A stretch of 63,772 nt of DNA, filler included, from Rhabdomonas costata (Eukaryota), in NCBI GenBank assembly GCA_019059605.1. It is 58 parts of 58 records of this genome, joined end to end, with 100 filler letters (N's around TTAATTAATTAA, not from the genome) between each part and the next. Parts side by side here need not be neighbours in the genome. Positions count along the whole stretch, not along the records: positions 9,919 to 10,920 come from JAHMHO010034367.1; positions 11,021 to 12,022 come from JAHMHO010034368.1; positions 12,123 to 13,123 come from JAHMHO010034369.1; positions 13,224 to 14,225 come from JAHMHO010034370.1; positions 14,326 to 15,327 come from JAHMHO010034371.1; positions 15,428 to 16,428 come from JAHMHO010034372.1; positions 16,529 to 17,530 come from JAHMHO010034373.1; positions 17,631 to 18,632 come from JAHMHO010034374.1; 50 more parts are not named here. One strand, written 5' to 3'. Of the stretch, positions 10,126 to 21,600 are shown piece by piece (within the stretch, counting starts at the first letter, position 1; each line of letters begins with the position of its first letter). The notes beneath the pieces are model-generated. The model did not search any database, had not been told where the DNA came from, and saw only the letters and a list, made by a program, of their open reading frames with translations. The position numbers and the translations under genes are program-made.

Positions 10126-11470
10126 GCGTGTGCTGTGTGAGTTGGTGCGCGTGGGTGAGCTTATGCGAAGCGTTGGTTAGTGTACAAAACCCGACGTGAG
10201 TCGGGGAGCGCGGCGACCCACCAAATTTAGGAGGAACGACCGTAGGGAGTGACGACCTGGTAATCTTAGCGAGGAACGTAATGACGAAGCGTAAAGAAAG
10301 GGGCCCCATGACTCCCTGAACACATAGTGAAGGGAGGCATGGGGTATCAAGACAAGCATGCGACCCTTCATCTCTCTTCTTACAGAGGAGGAGCGTAACG
10401 TAGTGAAGCGACGACATACACGTGATCAACAGAAAGGTGAGGAGTGGAAGCGCATAGCGGTGGAACGACGAACTACCACATTACGAGCGGAGCGAGGAAC
10501 GTAGTGACGAAGCGTAGCGAGACCCACCGACCCACCTACGAAACCCACGCAAGCACCACAAAAGCACGACCCCATACCGTAGCAGCACGAACCATAGCGA
10601 AGGAACCCAAAGCAACAACGAAGGCAAGAAACCCGAAGACCGACACCGGAAGGCCGAATACATTACCCGCACCGCAAACAGAGGAAGCGAACCCAGCACC
10701 CACGAACCCCACGCCCCAAAAGCACCCGCACCCCCCCACAAGCACCAGCAAATCAAATACACTCCAAGCGCATGACCCACACACCGCGAAGGAACCCAAA
10801 GCAACAACGGAACCGAGAAACACGAACCCCGAACCCAGAACCCCGAAACCCGACACCAGTATACACAGCCAAGCTTTGCACACAACCTAAGCGGAAGGAC
10901 CGAAACCAGACACCAAAAACNNNNNNNNNNNNNNNNNNNNNNNNNNNNNNNNNNNNNNNNNNNNTTAATTAATTAANNNNNNNNNNNNNNNNNNNNNNNN
11001 NNNNNNNNNNNNNNNNNNNNTCGGTTCTCTACTTGATTCCGTCGCCATTATCCTTTTCCTATTTCCCCCCTTTTTTCCCTGGGCTGTGCGTGAGCGGGAG
11101 TTTTTTTTTTGGGGGGGGGTGCGTGTATGTGTCGCTCTCCCTCCCGCTCCTCGTCATCCTTTCCTCCCTTTCCTCGTCCGTCCCTCACTCCTCGTTTTGG
11201 CTGCGGGGTCAAACCTTGCGCTCCTTACTTTTTCTGCAGTGCCGCGTGCACTCCCCTTGCCGCCGCTGCGGCGGCATGAGGCGATCCCTAGTCGCAAAAA
11301 TTCGCATGGTCTCCATGCAGTCATTTCCCAGCTGCGGGGGATAAAGATAGTGCCCGTCCGATCTTCTCTTTTCTGCTTGCCAGTGGCTCGATAGTAGATC
11401 AAGTTCATCCCAATCGTGTGTTCCGGGTGTTTCGACGTGTGGGTGGGTGTGGATGCTGTGGGGGACACAC

Positions 11471-11651
11471 AGCGGCCTCCCAGGAGAATGGTAAACCCCA
11501 GCAGCACGTAAGCCAAGTAGGGAGCGCTGATGGTGAACAGGCCCAGGAGGTTGAGGTGCTCGTCGGGGTTCCGCCGGCTCCACAGATAAACCACCATTAT
11601 CATCAGGGAGTGGGATAGGAACTTCATGTTATACACCCACGCAGAGAATAC
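11471..11651 (-). CDS. Exon of Derlin (Der1 family ERAD membrane protein)
   Basis: FLSHSLMIMVVYLWSRRNPDEHLNLLGLFTISAPYLAYVLLGFTILLGG matches the Derlin VYxWSRRNP..APYLP motif. CAG acceptor after a (CT)n tract, GTGTGT donor. Confidence 0.93.
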
Positions 11652-12122
11652 CTGAGGGCAGAGAGAGAGAGAGAGAGAGGAGAACCGCAAGAGAGTTGAT
11701 TAGAGGGAAAGGCACAGCCTCGGAGAGTTGCATCTTTTGAATGTGAGAGTTCTGCACCCAAACCGGAAACAGTACATGAGAGGGTACAGTGTGGAGGTGA
11801 GTGTTAAAATAAAATGCAGTTTCCTTCGGAAACTTCCGTTTCCCGGCTGGGCAAGAGAAAGAACCACAAAAGCTTGCTCTTGCATGACTACACGGGGGGG
11901 GGGGGTGTCCGTGGTCATGTACAGCGCGGAGCCGTGGCAGAGGTGCTGCAGTGTCAGAGCAGTGGCAAAAAGGTAGGAAAGAAATGGTTTGTAAGAAAAA
12001 GAAGTCTGTGTTTACACCAACANNNNNNNNNNNNNNNNNNNNNNNNNNNNNNNNNNNNNNNNNNNNTTAATTAATTAANNNNNNNNNNNNNNNNNNNNNN
12101 NNNNNNNNNNNNNNNNNNNNNN

Positions 12123-12598
12123 GTGGGTTGGTTTTTTGGATGACCACGGGAGAAGCCAGTGCCAGCAGGTTGGTCGACCCAGATCATGTTTGTCAAATTT
12201 GTCCATGAATATGGATTGGGTTCAGCCTTGTGCGTTACATTGTTGAATTTTACGGGACCCTCCTCAGTGAGAACACCCGTGAGAGATGAGCAACCGGGAC
12301 CGCCGTTGAACCAGACAACAAGGTCATCGTGACCAACTTTTTCAGTTGCAGGGAACATCCAAAAGTAAAGTTGACGCGTTTCATCATGCCTTGGGCTAAC
12401 CGGCTGATAACCACCCCATGAGGGTGGTATTTCAAACGTGACATTTGGCAGCCTTGTCGGGATTTCGAACTTTTTGGTTCCTTCTGAACCTAAACGTGCA
12501 CGTAGCGCTTGTACATTATAGACCGAATCGTTTCTTGTACCGTAGGTGCCGACGACTAATGTTGCCACGACGAAATAGAACAAGCTGCACAATGACAT
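12123..12598 (-). CDS. Secreted serine carboxypeptidase (family S10), 5' part, intronless, fungal type
   Basis: Signal-peptide-like N-terminus, then LPNVTFEIPPSWGGY, LYFWMFP, VWFNGGPGCSSL, NPYSWTNLTNMIWVDQPAGTGFS. Confidence 0.93.
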
Positions 12599-13317
12599 TC
12601 TGGCGCTTATTGTACAAGATAGTTGATAAGACTGGATCCACCCCCCTCCCTTATAAAACAACGGAAGCCTTCATTAGGGTTCACGAGGCAATAGGTTAGG
12701 GTCCATTTGCAACGCTATCTGCCGCTTCAGATACCAATGACAGTTTTAATTGCCCCAGGTCGTGTCATATCGCTGCTTTTAATAAATAATCTACATATGT
12801 GGCAGTGTAGTGACTAATCTTGACAGCACTGGAGTATTGCTCGTCGCTCGTATGGAAAAAGATTAGTCGCTGTATCAGCTAGGGCATTTTCCCGCATAGA
12901 ATGCGTTGGTCATGCACACGGAACCTTTGACTTTCTCTAGACGTGGCACTTTATATGCTCTTTAAAGTAGGAAGAGCTCTTTGGCATGGTCGAGGAAATG
13001 CGCTTGATGCATGGAGTGCAATAAAAATCAATTCTTAAGGCCATCATATGGCACATCACTATCCCAATGAATGCAAGTGACTACTAGAAATATCGTGTAG
13101 CTTATGGTAGCCACCCCACAACCNNNNNNNNNNNNNNNNNNNNNNNNNNNNNNNNNNNNNNNNNNNNTTAATTAATTAANNNNNNNNNNNNNNNNNNNNN
13201 NNNNNNNNNNNNNNNNNNNNNNNAAAAACTGTTACCAGTGGTAACGGTAACCCAACGTCAGTTGTACCACAAGGCGCGTGCACTAGCCGAGCTTGATCCC
13301 TGGGGGTGGGTTGCCAG

Positions 13318-13409
13318 GGGTCCCGGGGATTAAGAAGTGCACCATGAAGAAGGTCAAGGAGCAGGCCTACGACCCGGTCACAGGGGAGGCCCGCAAGGAA
13401 GAGCCCTGG
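13318..13409 (+). CDS. Probable exon of RNA polymerase II largest subunit (RPB1 jaw/domain 5-7 region)
   Basis: CAG|..|GT exon reading GVPGIKKCTMKKVKEQAYDPVTGEARKEEPW, resembling RPB1 LxGIPGIxKV....DPxTGE....EW(xLxTDG). Confidence 0.55.
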
Positions 13410-14723
13410 GTTTGCTCTACGTGCATGCATTCTGTGCAACTTGAGCTCGGAGCCCGTTGTGAAGGCGACAGATCCCAAAAAATAATTACTCCCGAACATC
13501 CGATGTGAGTGGTTGTCCAAGTGGGCCTTGCTGTGGCATGGAGTCAGCAGAGTTTGACGGACAAATTATGGCGCGCTCACTCAATTTCGGCAATGGTCTG
13601 ACGCCCCCCTCACCCTCCATAACGGCACAAAGCGAAGCAGTGAATTGGCGGGCTGCACATCGTGTGTATAGTCGACTCCGGTATTCAAAAGTGCGTGGCC
13701 AGCGCTACGGGTTATTTTATAATCAGGAACAACAACATAAACAGAACGGGTTTTAATAAGGTTGAAGGTTGAAGGCGAATCCTTTTTCCCAGGAGGCCCT
13801 TCCACCACCCAATTATGCCGCCTTCTTGCGGAATTCCGTCTCGGTCTTCGCAGTGTGAAGCGATGCGTGTTGCCTGGGGCGGGAGGGGGGGGGCATCGTA
13901 TTTCCCTTGCCCTCAGCACCACCTCCGCCACTACCTTGGCGGGCACCGAGGGATGCACAGGGCAGCTGCTCTGTGATCCAACCACACGAGAAAAGCTAAA
14001 GGATGTCAGGAAAGATCTTCAGTAGTTCTGCAGCTCTGGACTGATCAACCGCAACTCCATAAAAAAAGGTCACTTTTCCATCAGCAGGCTACCCACTCAT
14101 GACTACGTAGTAAGGTCCTCCAGGGCTCCCCAGCTTCTGCTTGAAGAGGGAAGGTGACGACGTCTCCCAAACACGTCCGATCGCCGCACGAATCCGAAAG
14201 AATCAAAACATTGTCACCACAAACCNNNNNNNNNNNNNNNNNNNNNNNNNNNNNNNNNNNNNNNNNNNNTTAATTAATTAANNNNNNNNNNNNNNNNNNN
14301 NNNNNNNNNNNNNNNNNNNNNNNNNGTGTGGGGGGTTCCGAAAAACGCGCTTTTATGCCGATTTGAGGGATTTTTGAGGCTCAGGGGACGGATTTTGGGG
14401 GCAAAAAGCCTTGAAAAGGGCCCGCCACTCCTCCTCTATCGCCAACACCGCCGTTGCTGCCCTGACCGGCGCGCGTACGTTTCCCGTTCTTACGGCATTG
14501 TTCCCGCGTAAGAAGACTGGTTTGTTTTTGGTACGTTTTTTCTCCCTGTGGGATGTCTTTTGGGTTGTCATGCAGTGCTTAAGGATTGCCGCAAGTATAT
14601 TGCGCAATTCAATATGGGTAGGTTCCTGCGATGCACCTCCTTGTCTCATTTGCCCCGTTTTGTTTTGTCGCGTTCTGTTGACTGAGAGGAGGGGATGATC
14701 TCTGTGTGTTGTCATTTCTGCAG

Positions 14724-14811
14724 TTTTGCCGGAGCCCATCTTGTGGACCCCGAGGTGTACGTGGCGAACCGAAAGCGGCTGTATCCAACTCGGGAGGTCG
14801 TGCAAGCCAAG
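14724..14811 (+). CDS. Putative internal exon, unknown protein
   Basis: TTTCTGCAG| ... AAG|GT boundaries with GC3-rich codons; FAGAHLVDPEVYVANRKRLYPTREVVQAK. Confidence 0.35.
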
Positions 14812-16528
14812 GTTCCCGATCCCCTCAACTTTACCATTCTCTATGGCTTCTCTCTGTGTGCATATGAATTCTTATTTTTGTCGTTGTGTGTATGGGGTCT
14901 AGCAAAATCCATCTTGCCCTCTCGGCCGGTCTCCCATTTCTGTCCCTGAGTAAAGTGGCCTAGGTTTCTTAAGTCTCTCTTTTTCTCTTGCTTCACAAGT
15001 CTCTTGGGTCGATGGTGCTGCCTATTTTTGCCACCATCTGATTTTTTTTTGCTTTTTGTGGGGGCTTGTTTTTTCTTTTTCTTTTTGAAAGCTCGCTATG
15101 GGTCGTCGCACCCCCGGCCCTTAATCACTGCGAGCATTGGTCAATTCCAAAGACCGGAACGGGACAAGGCGGGAACCCGCCAGGTGGTCTCTAATTCCGC
15201 TAATATACACAAAAACACAAAATGCGCGAGGACTTCGGAAAAGGGAAGGGACCGCGGTGGAACTCGAAGAAGATGCGAACACATGGAACAAACAAGCAAA
15301 CAAGCAAACAAGCAAACAAAACAACCCNNNNNNNNNNNNNNNNNNNNNNNNNNNNNNNNNNNNNNNNNNNNTTAATTAATTAANNNNNNNNNNNNNNNNN
15401 NNNNNNNNNNNNNNNNNNNNNNNNNNNGTGTTGGGTGTGGTTGGGGTGGTGTGGAGGTGGAGGGGGCAGAGGCCGCTCCGTTGAAGACAAAGGTGACTGC
15501 GGCGCAGTCCAAGCGTCTTGCGCACAACCGCAAGCATTTTCCTCGTGGGCTTGGGCGCCGCCGATAAGGGCTGGCGGCTCCCCACAGCCTCCAATAAAGC
15601 GGGCCAGGAACCGTACCGTGGCGCCGGCGTGAAACCTCAGAAGGCTCTCCAGAAGCAGCTCAGAGCGAACTCGAAGGGTAACCGCAAGCTGAGGGACGCC
15701 GCCAGCTCGGGGAAGCGCAGGCCGGATCACCACACAGGATCCACTGCTCAGTCCTTTACAAAACAAAGACATGCGGGAGCAAGTGGTTAGGCACCAGCGG
15801 AAAAGTGCATCACCCTATCATATATATCACCCTGAACACCGAGGGTCTTCTTTTCGCCACACACACACACACACACGACCCACACGGGCAACAGTGCATA
15901 GATAATATAATGGATAAGGTGGTAGGTGGCTCGCAGTTTAAAAAAACCAGAGTGTCTTTGTCTCTGGCGTACTTTGATCTCCATTCAATCCGTCTTTTTT
16001 GTAACAAAGTATTTCAATCCACAAACGCCGAAAACTCTTCTCATGTTTTGCGTTTATGTGGAATACTGAAGATGCTGGAGCAATCATATTAGTGAACAAA
16101 CAAGAGAATGGTGAATTTGTTCTTTGGCTAAGGGACGGCCGTGTCCTTTTTTGTTTGTTTGCGGATTGTGTATTTTTGTGTACGAGTATTACGATTGTTC
16201 GCCCCACGTCTGACAACGGTGCTGTAGCACCCTCCGTGGAATCACACTGGTCTTAATTAGGGGCGACTCTTCTTTTCGTGAATTTGTTTGGTGAAGTCTC
16301 TTGGCTCTATAGTTCTCAAGAGGGGCAGAAACGCTCTGCAAATGTGACCGCCCACAGGGAACGCAGCCCATGAGGGAATTCGAACCAACAACTAGCAAAC
16401 GCACCAGTGAAGCGCTCCACCACCCACCNNNNNNNNNNNNNNNNNNNNNNNNNNNNNNNNNNNNNNNNNNNNTTAATTAATTAANNNNNNNNNNNNNNNN
16501 NNNNNNNNNNNNNNNNNNNNNNNNNNNN

Positions 16529-17176
16529 GGGGGTGGTTGATCATCGCCAGCAGGCTCTCCACCTTGGTCTCCGGGTGGTGCGCCGCGAGGTAGTCCAGGA
16601 CGTACGGCATCCGCGGCTCTCGGAACTTCTTGTACAGCTGTTCCCCAACCTGCACCCATATGCCGACATCCACTACCCATGTCCACCCAGCTTGACGCAC
16701 GCGCTGGGTTCGGCTCAACAGCAGTTCAACGGCCAAAAATGACAGGGGGTGATAAGACCAAAAGGGAGGCGCGGGTTAAGACGTTCGTCCGTGATATACC
16801 GCCAGGATTCCACAAGGAACTGGGCCTCGAGACAGCCACTGTGTGGTTTCATGGAGGAACGAATCCCCCCTCCCCATTCTTTGTGAACTTCGCCTGTGAG
16901 TGTGCGTGTATAGAATTGTGTGGCTGTGGCGGATGGTGGTGGTGGTGATGGTGGTGGTGGATGCGCCCGTGCCTTGAGCTTGACGTCCTCGACCTTCTGG
17001 CCCTCGAACACGCCCAGGCTGCGCTCGCGCAGCAGGGGGGTGGACTCCACCACGAGGGGCCGAGGGTACAGCTGCTGGATCAGCTCCGCGGTTTGCTGCG
17101 CCCGCGGCAGGTCTGAGGTAAGGATGTAGGACACGTCCTTCAGTTCCCGCGAAATGCGCTCCGCACACAGCCGACC
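16529..17176 (-). CDS. Histidine phosphatase (phosphoglycerate mutase family), two exons
   Basis: Exon 17176-16973 (ILTSDLPRAQQTAE..TPLLRERSLGVFEG) and an exon from 16649 (VGEQLYKKFREPRMPYVLDYLAAHHPE). They join in phase 0 across a 323-nt intron read as GC..AG. Confidence 0.85.
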
Positions 17177-17205
17177 CTGCGCGGCCGCCACCCACCACTC
17201 CAAAC

Positions 17206-17239
<34 letters not shown>

Positions 17240-18048
17240 CAGCTGGGTGTAAAGGGTAAACATTGGTACGGATACTGTCAGGCACCGAAGTCGGCTCGAA
17301 TCCATATCACCGTCTAACACGCTGGTCTCGATTAGGCGTAGGGCTGAAGACAACTCTGGCCCCACCCCAACCAGGTCTTTCCCCGCGGAACATGGGGGCC
17401 AGCAGGTGCCTGGTTGAGGACATAAGTTGCCTCGGCACTTAAAGTACAAGTTTGCGCCCATGCGTGGAAAGCGGAAAGGTGATAGTGGAGTGGTGGGGAA
17501 GGAGGGACGGGGGTGTTCGAAACCCCCACANNNNNNNNNNNNNNNNNNNNNNNNNNNNNNNNNNNNNNNNNNNNTTAATTAATTAANNNNNNNNNNNNNN
17601 NNNNNNNNNNNNNNNNNNNNNNNNNNNNNNCCATATCAGGAGGTAAGTGGTACACGTGGCATGGTACAACACTTGGGGGACGCAGAAACAGCTGCTGTAG
17701 ATCTACCACTCTCACTCTGGGAGCCAGCCGCGAAAAAACCTCCACCATCACCGCGGAGAACACAACCGCTCTATGGTAAGTGATACTTTTCGACAGGCAA
17801 TGAAAGCGAGTCTGCTGGCAGCAGAAGGGCTGCGCTGTCAGGGCAACCACGGCGATGCCATTTGCGACAAAGTACTGAAAGAAACAGAGATAAAGCTAAG
17901 AACTGGAAGGTTAACAAAAAGGAATTGCGAAAGGAAGGAAAACAAGCCAAAACACCTTGTTGATGGAGAGAGCAAGAATTTCAAGTTCAGCTTGCCACGC
18001 GGACAACGGGATGAAGGCAACCGCCCAATTTCCAATGTTCATTATGAC

Positions 18049-18630
18049 CTAAAACAGTAAGGGGAAAAGAAAGCACTTTGATATCAACTGTAGCGAAACC
18101 ACACTCTGTACCCCTAAAGACATCGCATATACCAGGTCAGGTCGGGGAAGCTCCTCAACAGAAGCACATTGAGCACCGCTCGCATTGCTTGTATTAAAGT
18201 GTAGGAAGAGCTGAGGAAGCAACAGCCCAGCAAAGAAAGATTCATGCGGATGTGCGAGTCGGGTGAAGATTCGTAAATGCACTGAGTAGTTCCTCCGCGA
18301 GACTGCAGGAGGAGCTCCTCCGGCACAGCCCGTTTCGAAAGGAGTCCGCTTCTCCCAAGTGCACGAGCATGGAGGCAAAGCCTCGTCCCGTACCCCAACC
18401 ACAGGGCACCAGTTCGGATCCGTCCAGTCCAATAGCCCACGTCGGGCATTGGAGTCCCCAAACCAAATCACCGTGGAGTACCCCTTGCGCTGAAAGCACC
18501 GCTCCACCTGCTCAGGGGAATAATACTCATACCGGCATTGAAAGGGCCGCCATTCGAAGCCGTGGCGATCGGTCAGCGGGGTGTAGACTGGAGTTGTTAC
18601 CCAACGTCCTGGATGAGGTTTTCCTGGTGA
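18049..18630 (-). CDS. SGNH/PC-esterase (TBL/NXPE/Cas1-like) acyl-esterase domain fragment
   Basis: The frame is open from the contig edge: PGRWVT..FEWRPFQCRYEYYSPEQVERCFQRKGYSTVIWFGDSNARR, matching GxW..WxPxxC....C...K..xFxGDSxxR. The 3' boundary is uncertain because introns are likely. Confidence 0.7.
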   Translation of the reverse strand, partial: SPGKPHPGRWVTTPVYTPLTDRHGFEWRPFQCRYEYYSPEQVERCFQRKGYSTVIWFGDSNARRGLLDWTDPNWCPVVGVRDEALPPCSCTWEKRTPFETGCAGGAPPAVSRRNYSVHLRIFTRLAHPHESFFAGLLLPQLFLHFNTSNASGAQCASVEELPRPDLVYAMSLGVQSVVSLQLISKCFLFPLLF

Positions 18631-21600
18631 GCNNNNNNNNNNNNNNNNNNNNNNNNNNNNNNNNNNNNNNNNNNNNTTAATTAATTAANNNNNNNNNNNN
18701 NNNNNNNNNNNNNNNNNNNNNNNNNNNNNNNNTGTTTTGGGTTAGAGAGGTTGCATGCGGCCCCATCTTGATCCATAACTGACGCTGGATAGGGCTATTT
18801 TTATATGGTGCATGTGTATATTGCCTGTTATACTTCAAAACTGAGAGGTGAACAACGGACGGAAGTTTGAAGGGGCATTTGATTTTTTCACCCATACTGT
18901 CTGAATGAAAAAATGCCCCTGTGGGTCTTTTTTTTTTACGAATTTGGGTGGGCAATTTCTGTCGCATTTCGGTGAATGCGCTGAATGGTGTCACTCCCGA
19001 GTGCACAGCTCTCGTTGATGTCAGGATCAGAACCTCGATAAGTTTATCTGAGTTGGTGAGCGCGTAACGTAGCTACGTTTCTGGTGAAGATGTTTTCACA
19101 TGTTATTGGTCGGTTGGTCGAAGAGATATTTTCGTCGGTTCGCTTAAGGTGATGGAGAAGCTATCGCATGCGCATGGGCTGGGTTGAACTGGGTTGGTTT
19201 CGGTGGGATTTCTCAGATGCGAGGAAAGAAACTGCCGGTCGGGATGCTGGATATCGGCGCACAGCTTGGGCAACCTTCGAAGCAGGAGAGCTCTCTGCCT
19301 TTCAGGTACGCCTCGAAATCGATGAAATTCTTGATAAGTTCAAAAAGACTTGGCCATTTGATTCGGGCGAGTTTCCGCAACCAATTATTTGCTTGTTTTA
19401 TGATTAGGTGTGCTGATTGTTTTTAAGATTGGGATGTTGACGTCCCCCGTCCCCCTGCTCATCTTACCCCGGCGCCGATGGGCGTTCCTCAATCAATCAA
19501 TGCTTTCCGTTATCCAAATTACGGGTTACCTTACTTGGTTTCCGCGGTGATTTCGGTTCGAGGCGAATCTCTCCTCCCTTTATTCGCAGGATTCCACTCA
19601 GCACGCCAACAAATAGAGATGATAGCAGCGCCAACCCACTGCAGTGGTCGAATCGAACTGTGGAAACCTGCATTTTAAAACAATTGCTGAAGTGCAATGG
19701 ATGTTAGTGAGAGGGGAGAGGGGAGTGGTAACGNNNNNNNNNNNNNNNNNNNNNNNNNNNNNNNNNNNNNNNNNNNNTTAATTAATTAANNNNNNNNNNN
19801 NNNNNNNNNNNNNNNNNNNNNNNNNNNNNNNNNCATCGTGCGGATCCTGCGGGAGAAGGAGAAGGTCCGCCAGTGGGAGGAGGGAAGCAAAGCGTTCTGG
19901 GGCTTCGACAGCGTGCATGCCTTCACCGGGATGTCCGGTCCAACGCAGATATCGTGCTCAAAAACGGGCAATGTAGACGGTGCACTTTTGCACAATGTAC
20001 ACCTCCTTCCCGTTCAGGTTGGACCATTGAAGCTGTCGATGAGGCTTGGGACTTCGTCACTCAGCGAGACTGGGATGACGAAAGACAGCCTTCCCTTGAA
20101 TTGACTCTCGGGCTGAAGGAGTGGTCCCAGGTGGGAAAGAGCCACACGAGTGACCATGGCGGATGTCACCTAGCGAATAGGGCGAGGTTTGGGGCCGAAA
20201 TAAGTGGTGTTACCCCACCACATTTCCGACGAGGCCCCCGACGATTGGTGAGGTTCCCGAGGTCGGCTGAAGAGGCAAGATAGGCCCACCTGGTAGAACC
20301 GATAAGAGGCATAATTGTGATATACAAACGTGATATCCAGACTGTCAGCAAGGCGGGCAGGTAAGCACTGGAGAAGAATGCGGAGCTGATGCACGTGCTG
20401 AACAAGACCGAGAATACTGCGGTATGGAGGACAGCAACCGCTGAGGAGGACAACAAGAGCGAGAGCAGCGAGAACGACGAGAGCGAGAAGAGCGAGCAGT
20501 CCACCTGGGGGTCGCGGGGGCCTCCTCCCCTGAGCCGGTTCCCGTTCTAACCAGCGAGGACCCAGGTCCAACCCCAAAGCTGGACAAGCATCCCGAGCTT
20601 GCCCACCTCAGGACCTACCTTCACGCCCTCCCCCCTTCCGATGTGCAGGAGGGGCTGCGCAAAACCTCACCTCAGTGGAAGTTATGCCCTTTCTGCGGGA
20701 TCCAGCTCCCTCGACCACTAAACACCAACGCCTACCGCCCTACCTCTCAGCTCTGCGGGTTAACCACTCATAACTTACGCCTGAACCTGCGGTTCGCACC
20801 CCGTGTGCCCACCACCCCCAAACACACCCACCACNNNNNNNNNNNNNNNNNNNNNNNNNNNNNNNNNNNNNNNNNNNNTTAATTAATTAANNNNNNNNNN
20901 NNNNNNNNNNNNNNNNNNNNNNNNNNNNNNNNNNGGGTTTTTTTGTTTTGGTAATCCTTCGGTGCAATGCACGTTTTTTTTTGGGGGGGGTAATATTTCT
21001 TTAAAATTGTTCTCATCAATTGGTGGTTTTTAACTTGCAAAAGGTAACTTAGGTAACTCATGCAAACATCTCGAATTGGTTTTCAATTTGAGGGGTCAGG
21101 TGACTGTGCACCGTGTCCTAGATGAAGGTATTTGGTTCGTTGCGCGTCAATTCTGGCGCTGGCCAAGGAATAACCTATGGCTGGAATATTGGCAAATGAG
21201 TGGGGCAGCTTTACTTTAGGAGGGAGGGCCTTCGTACCTTCACCTTCTCCTCTCTCTATCGCTCGCACTCTCTCTCAAAGTGCCCTTCACATTGCCTCCC
21301 AAGAGGCGGCTTTCGCGGCGTCTCTGCTGAGCAAGGGCCAGCGCGCCCACAAGCTCGATCGCCTGCGGCGGGTATGTGCGTACTTACGTTTGTGCTACTG
21401 GCGAAGGGCTGAGGGGTGAGGGAGGTATCAAAGGCCCTTTGTGTGTCTTACGTATCTACGGCGTTTTCGCCCACCATGAATTTTGCTCGGTTTAAGAATG
21501 TGCATTTTGCATTATGTCAGCTGAACTGTATAATCGCCCCTGGGCACTTCATGAACCATGTGCTTATTATGCACAACGGCATAACGGCGTGGCATCTAGA

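Noticed and set aside
17211-17235. Microsatellites: (AC)n here, (AG)n near 11660 and 55365, (GCT)n near 39673, ACCAGAGTTC x3 at 9271
   Set aside because: Ordinary intronic simple repeats.
20330-20510. In-frame stops inside coding-looking stretches as evidence of an alternative genetic code
   Set aside because: The recognisable conserved exons translate cleanly with the standard code, and the TAA here coincides with a possible AG|GTAAGC donor or sequence decay.
20166-20577. Hydrophobic minus-strand ORFs that look like membrane proteins
   Set aside because: They are antisense shadows of a purine-rich acidic stretch on the plus strand.
20811-20834. C/A-rich contig ends as telomeric repeats
   Set aside because: There is no fixed tandem unit, they occur on most contigs, and they match a WGA primer better.
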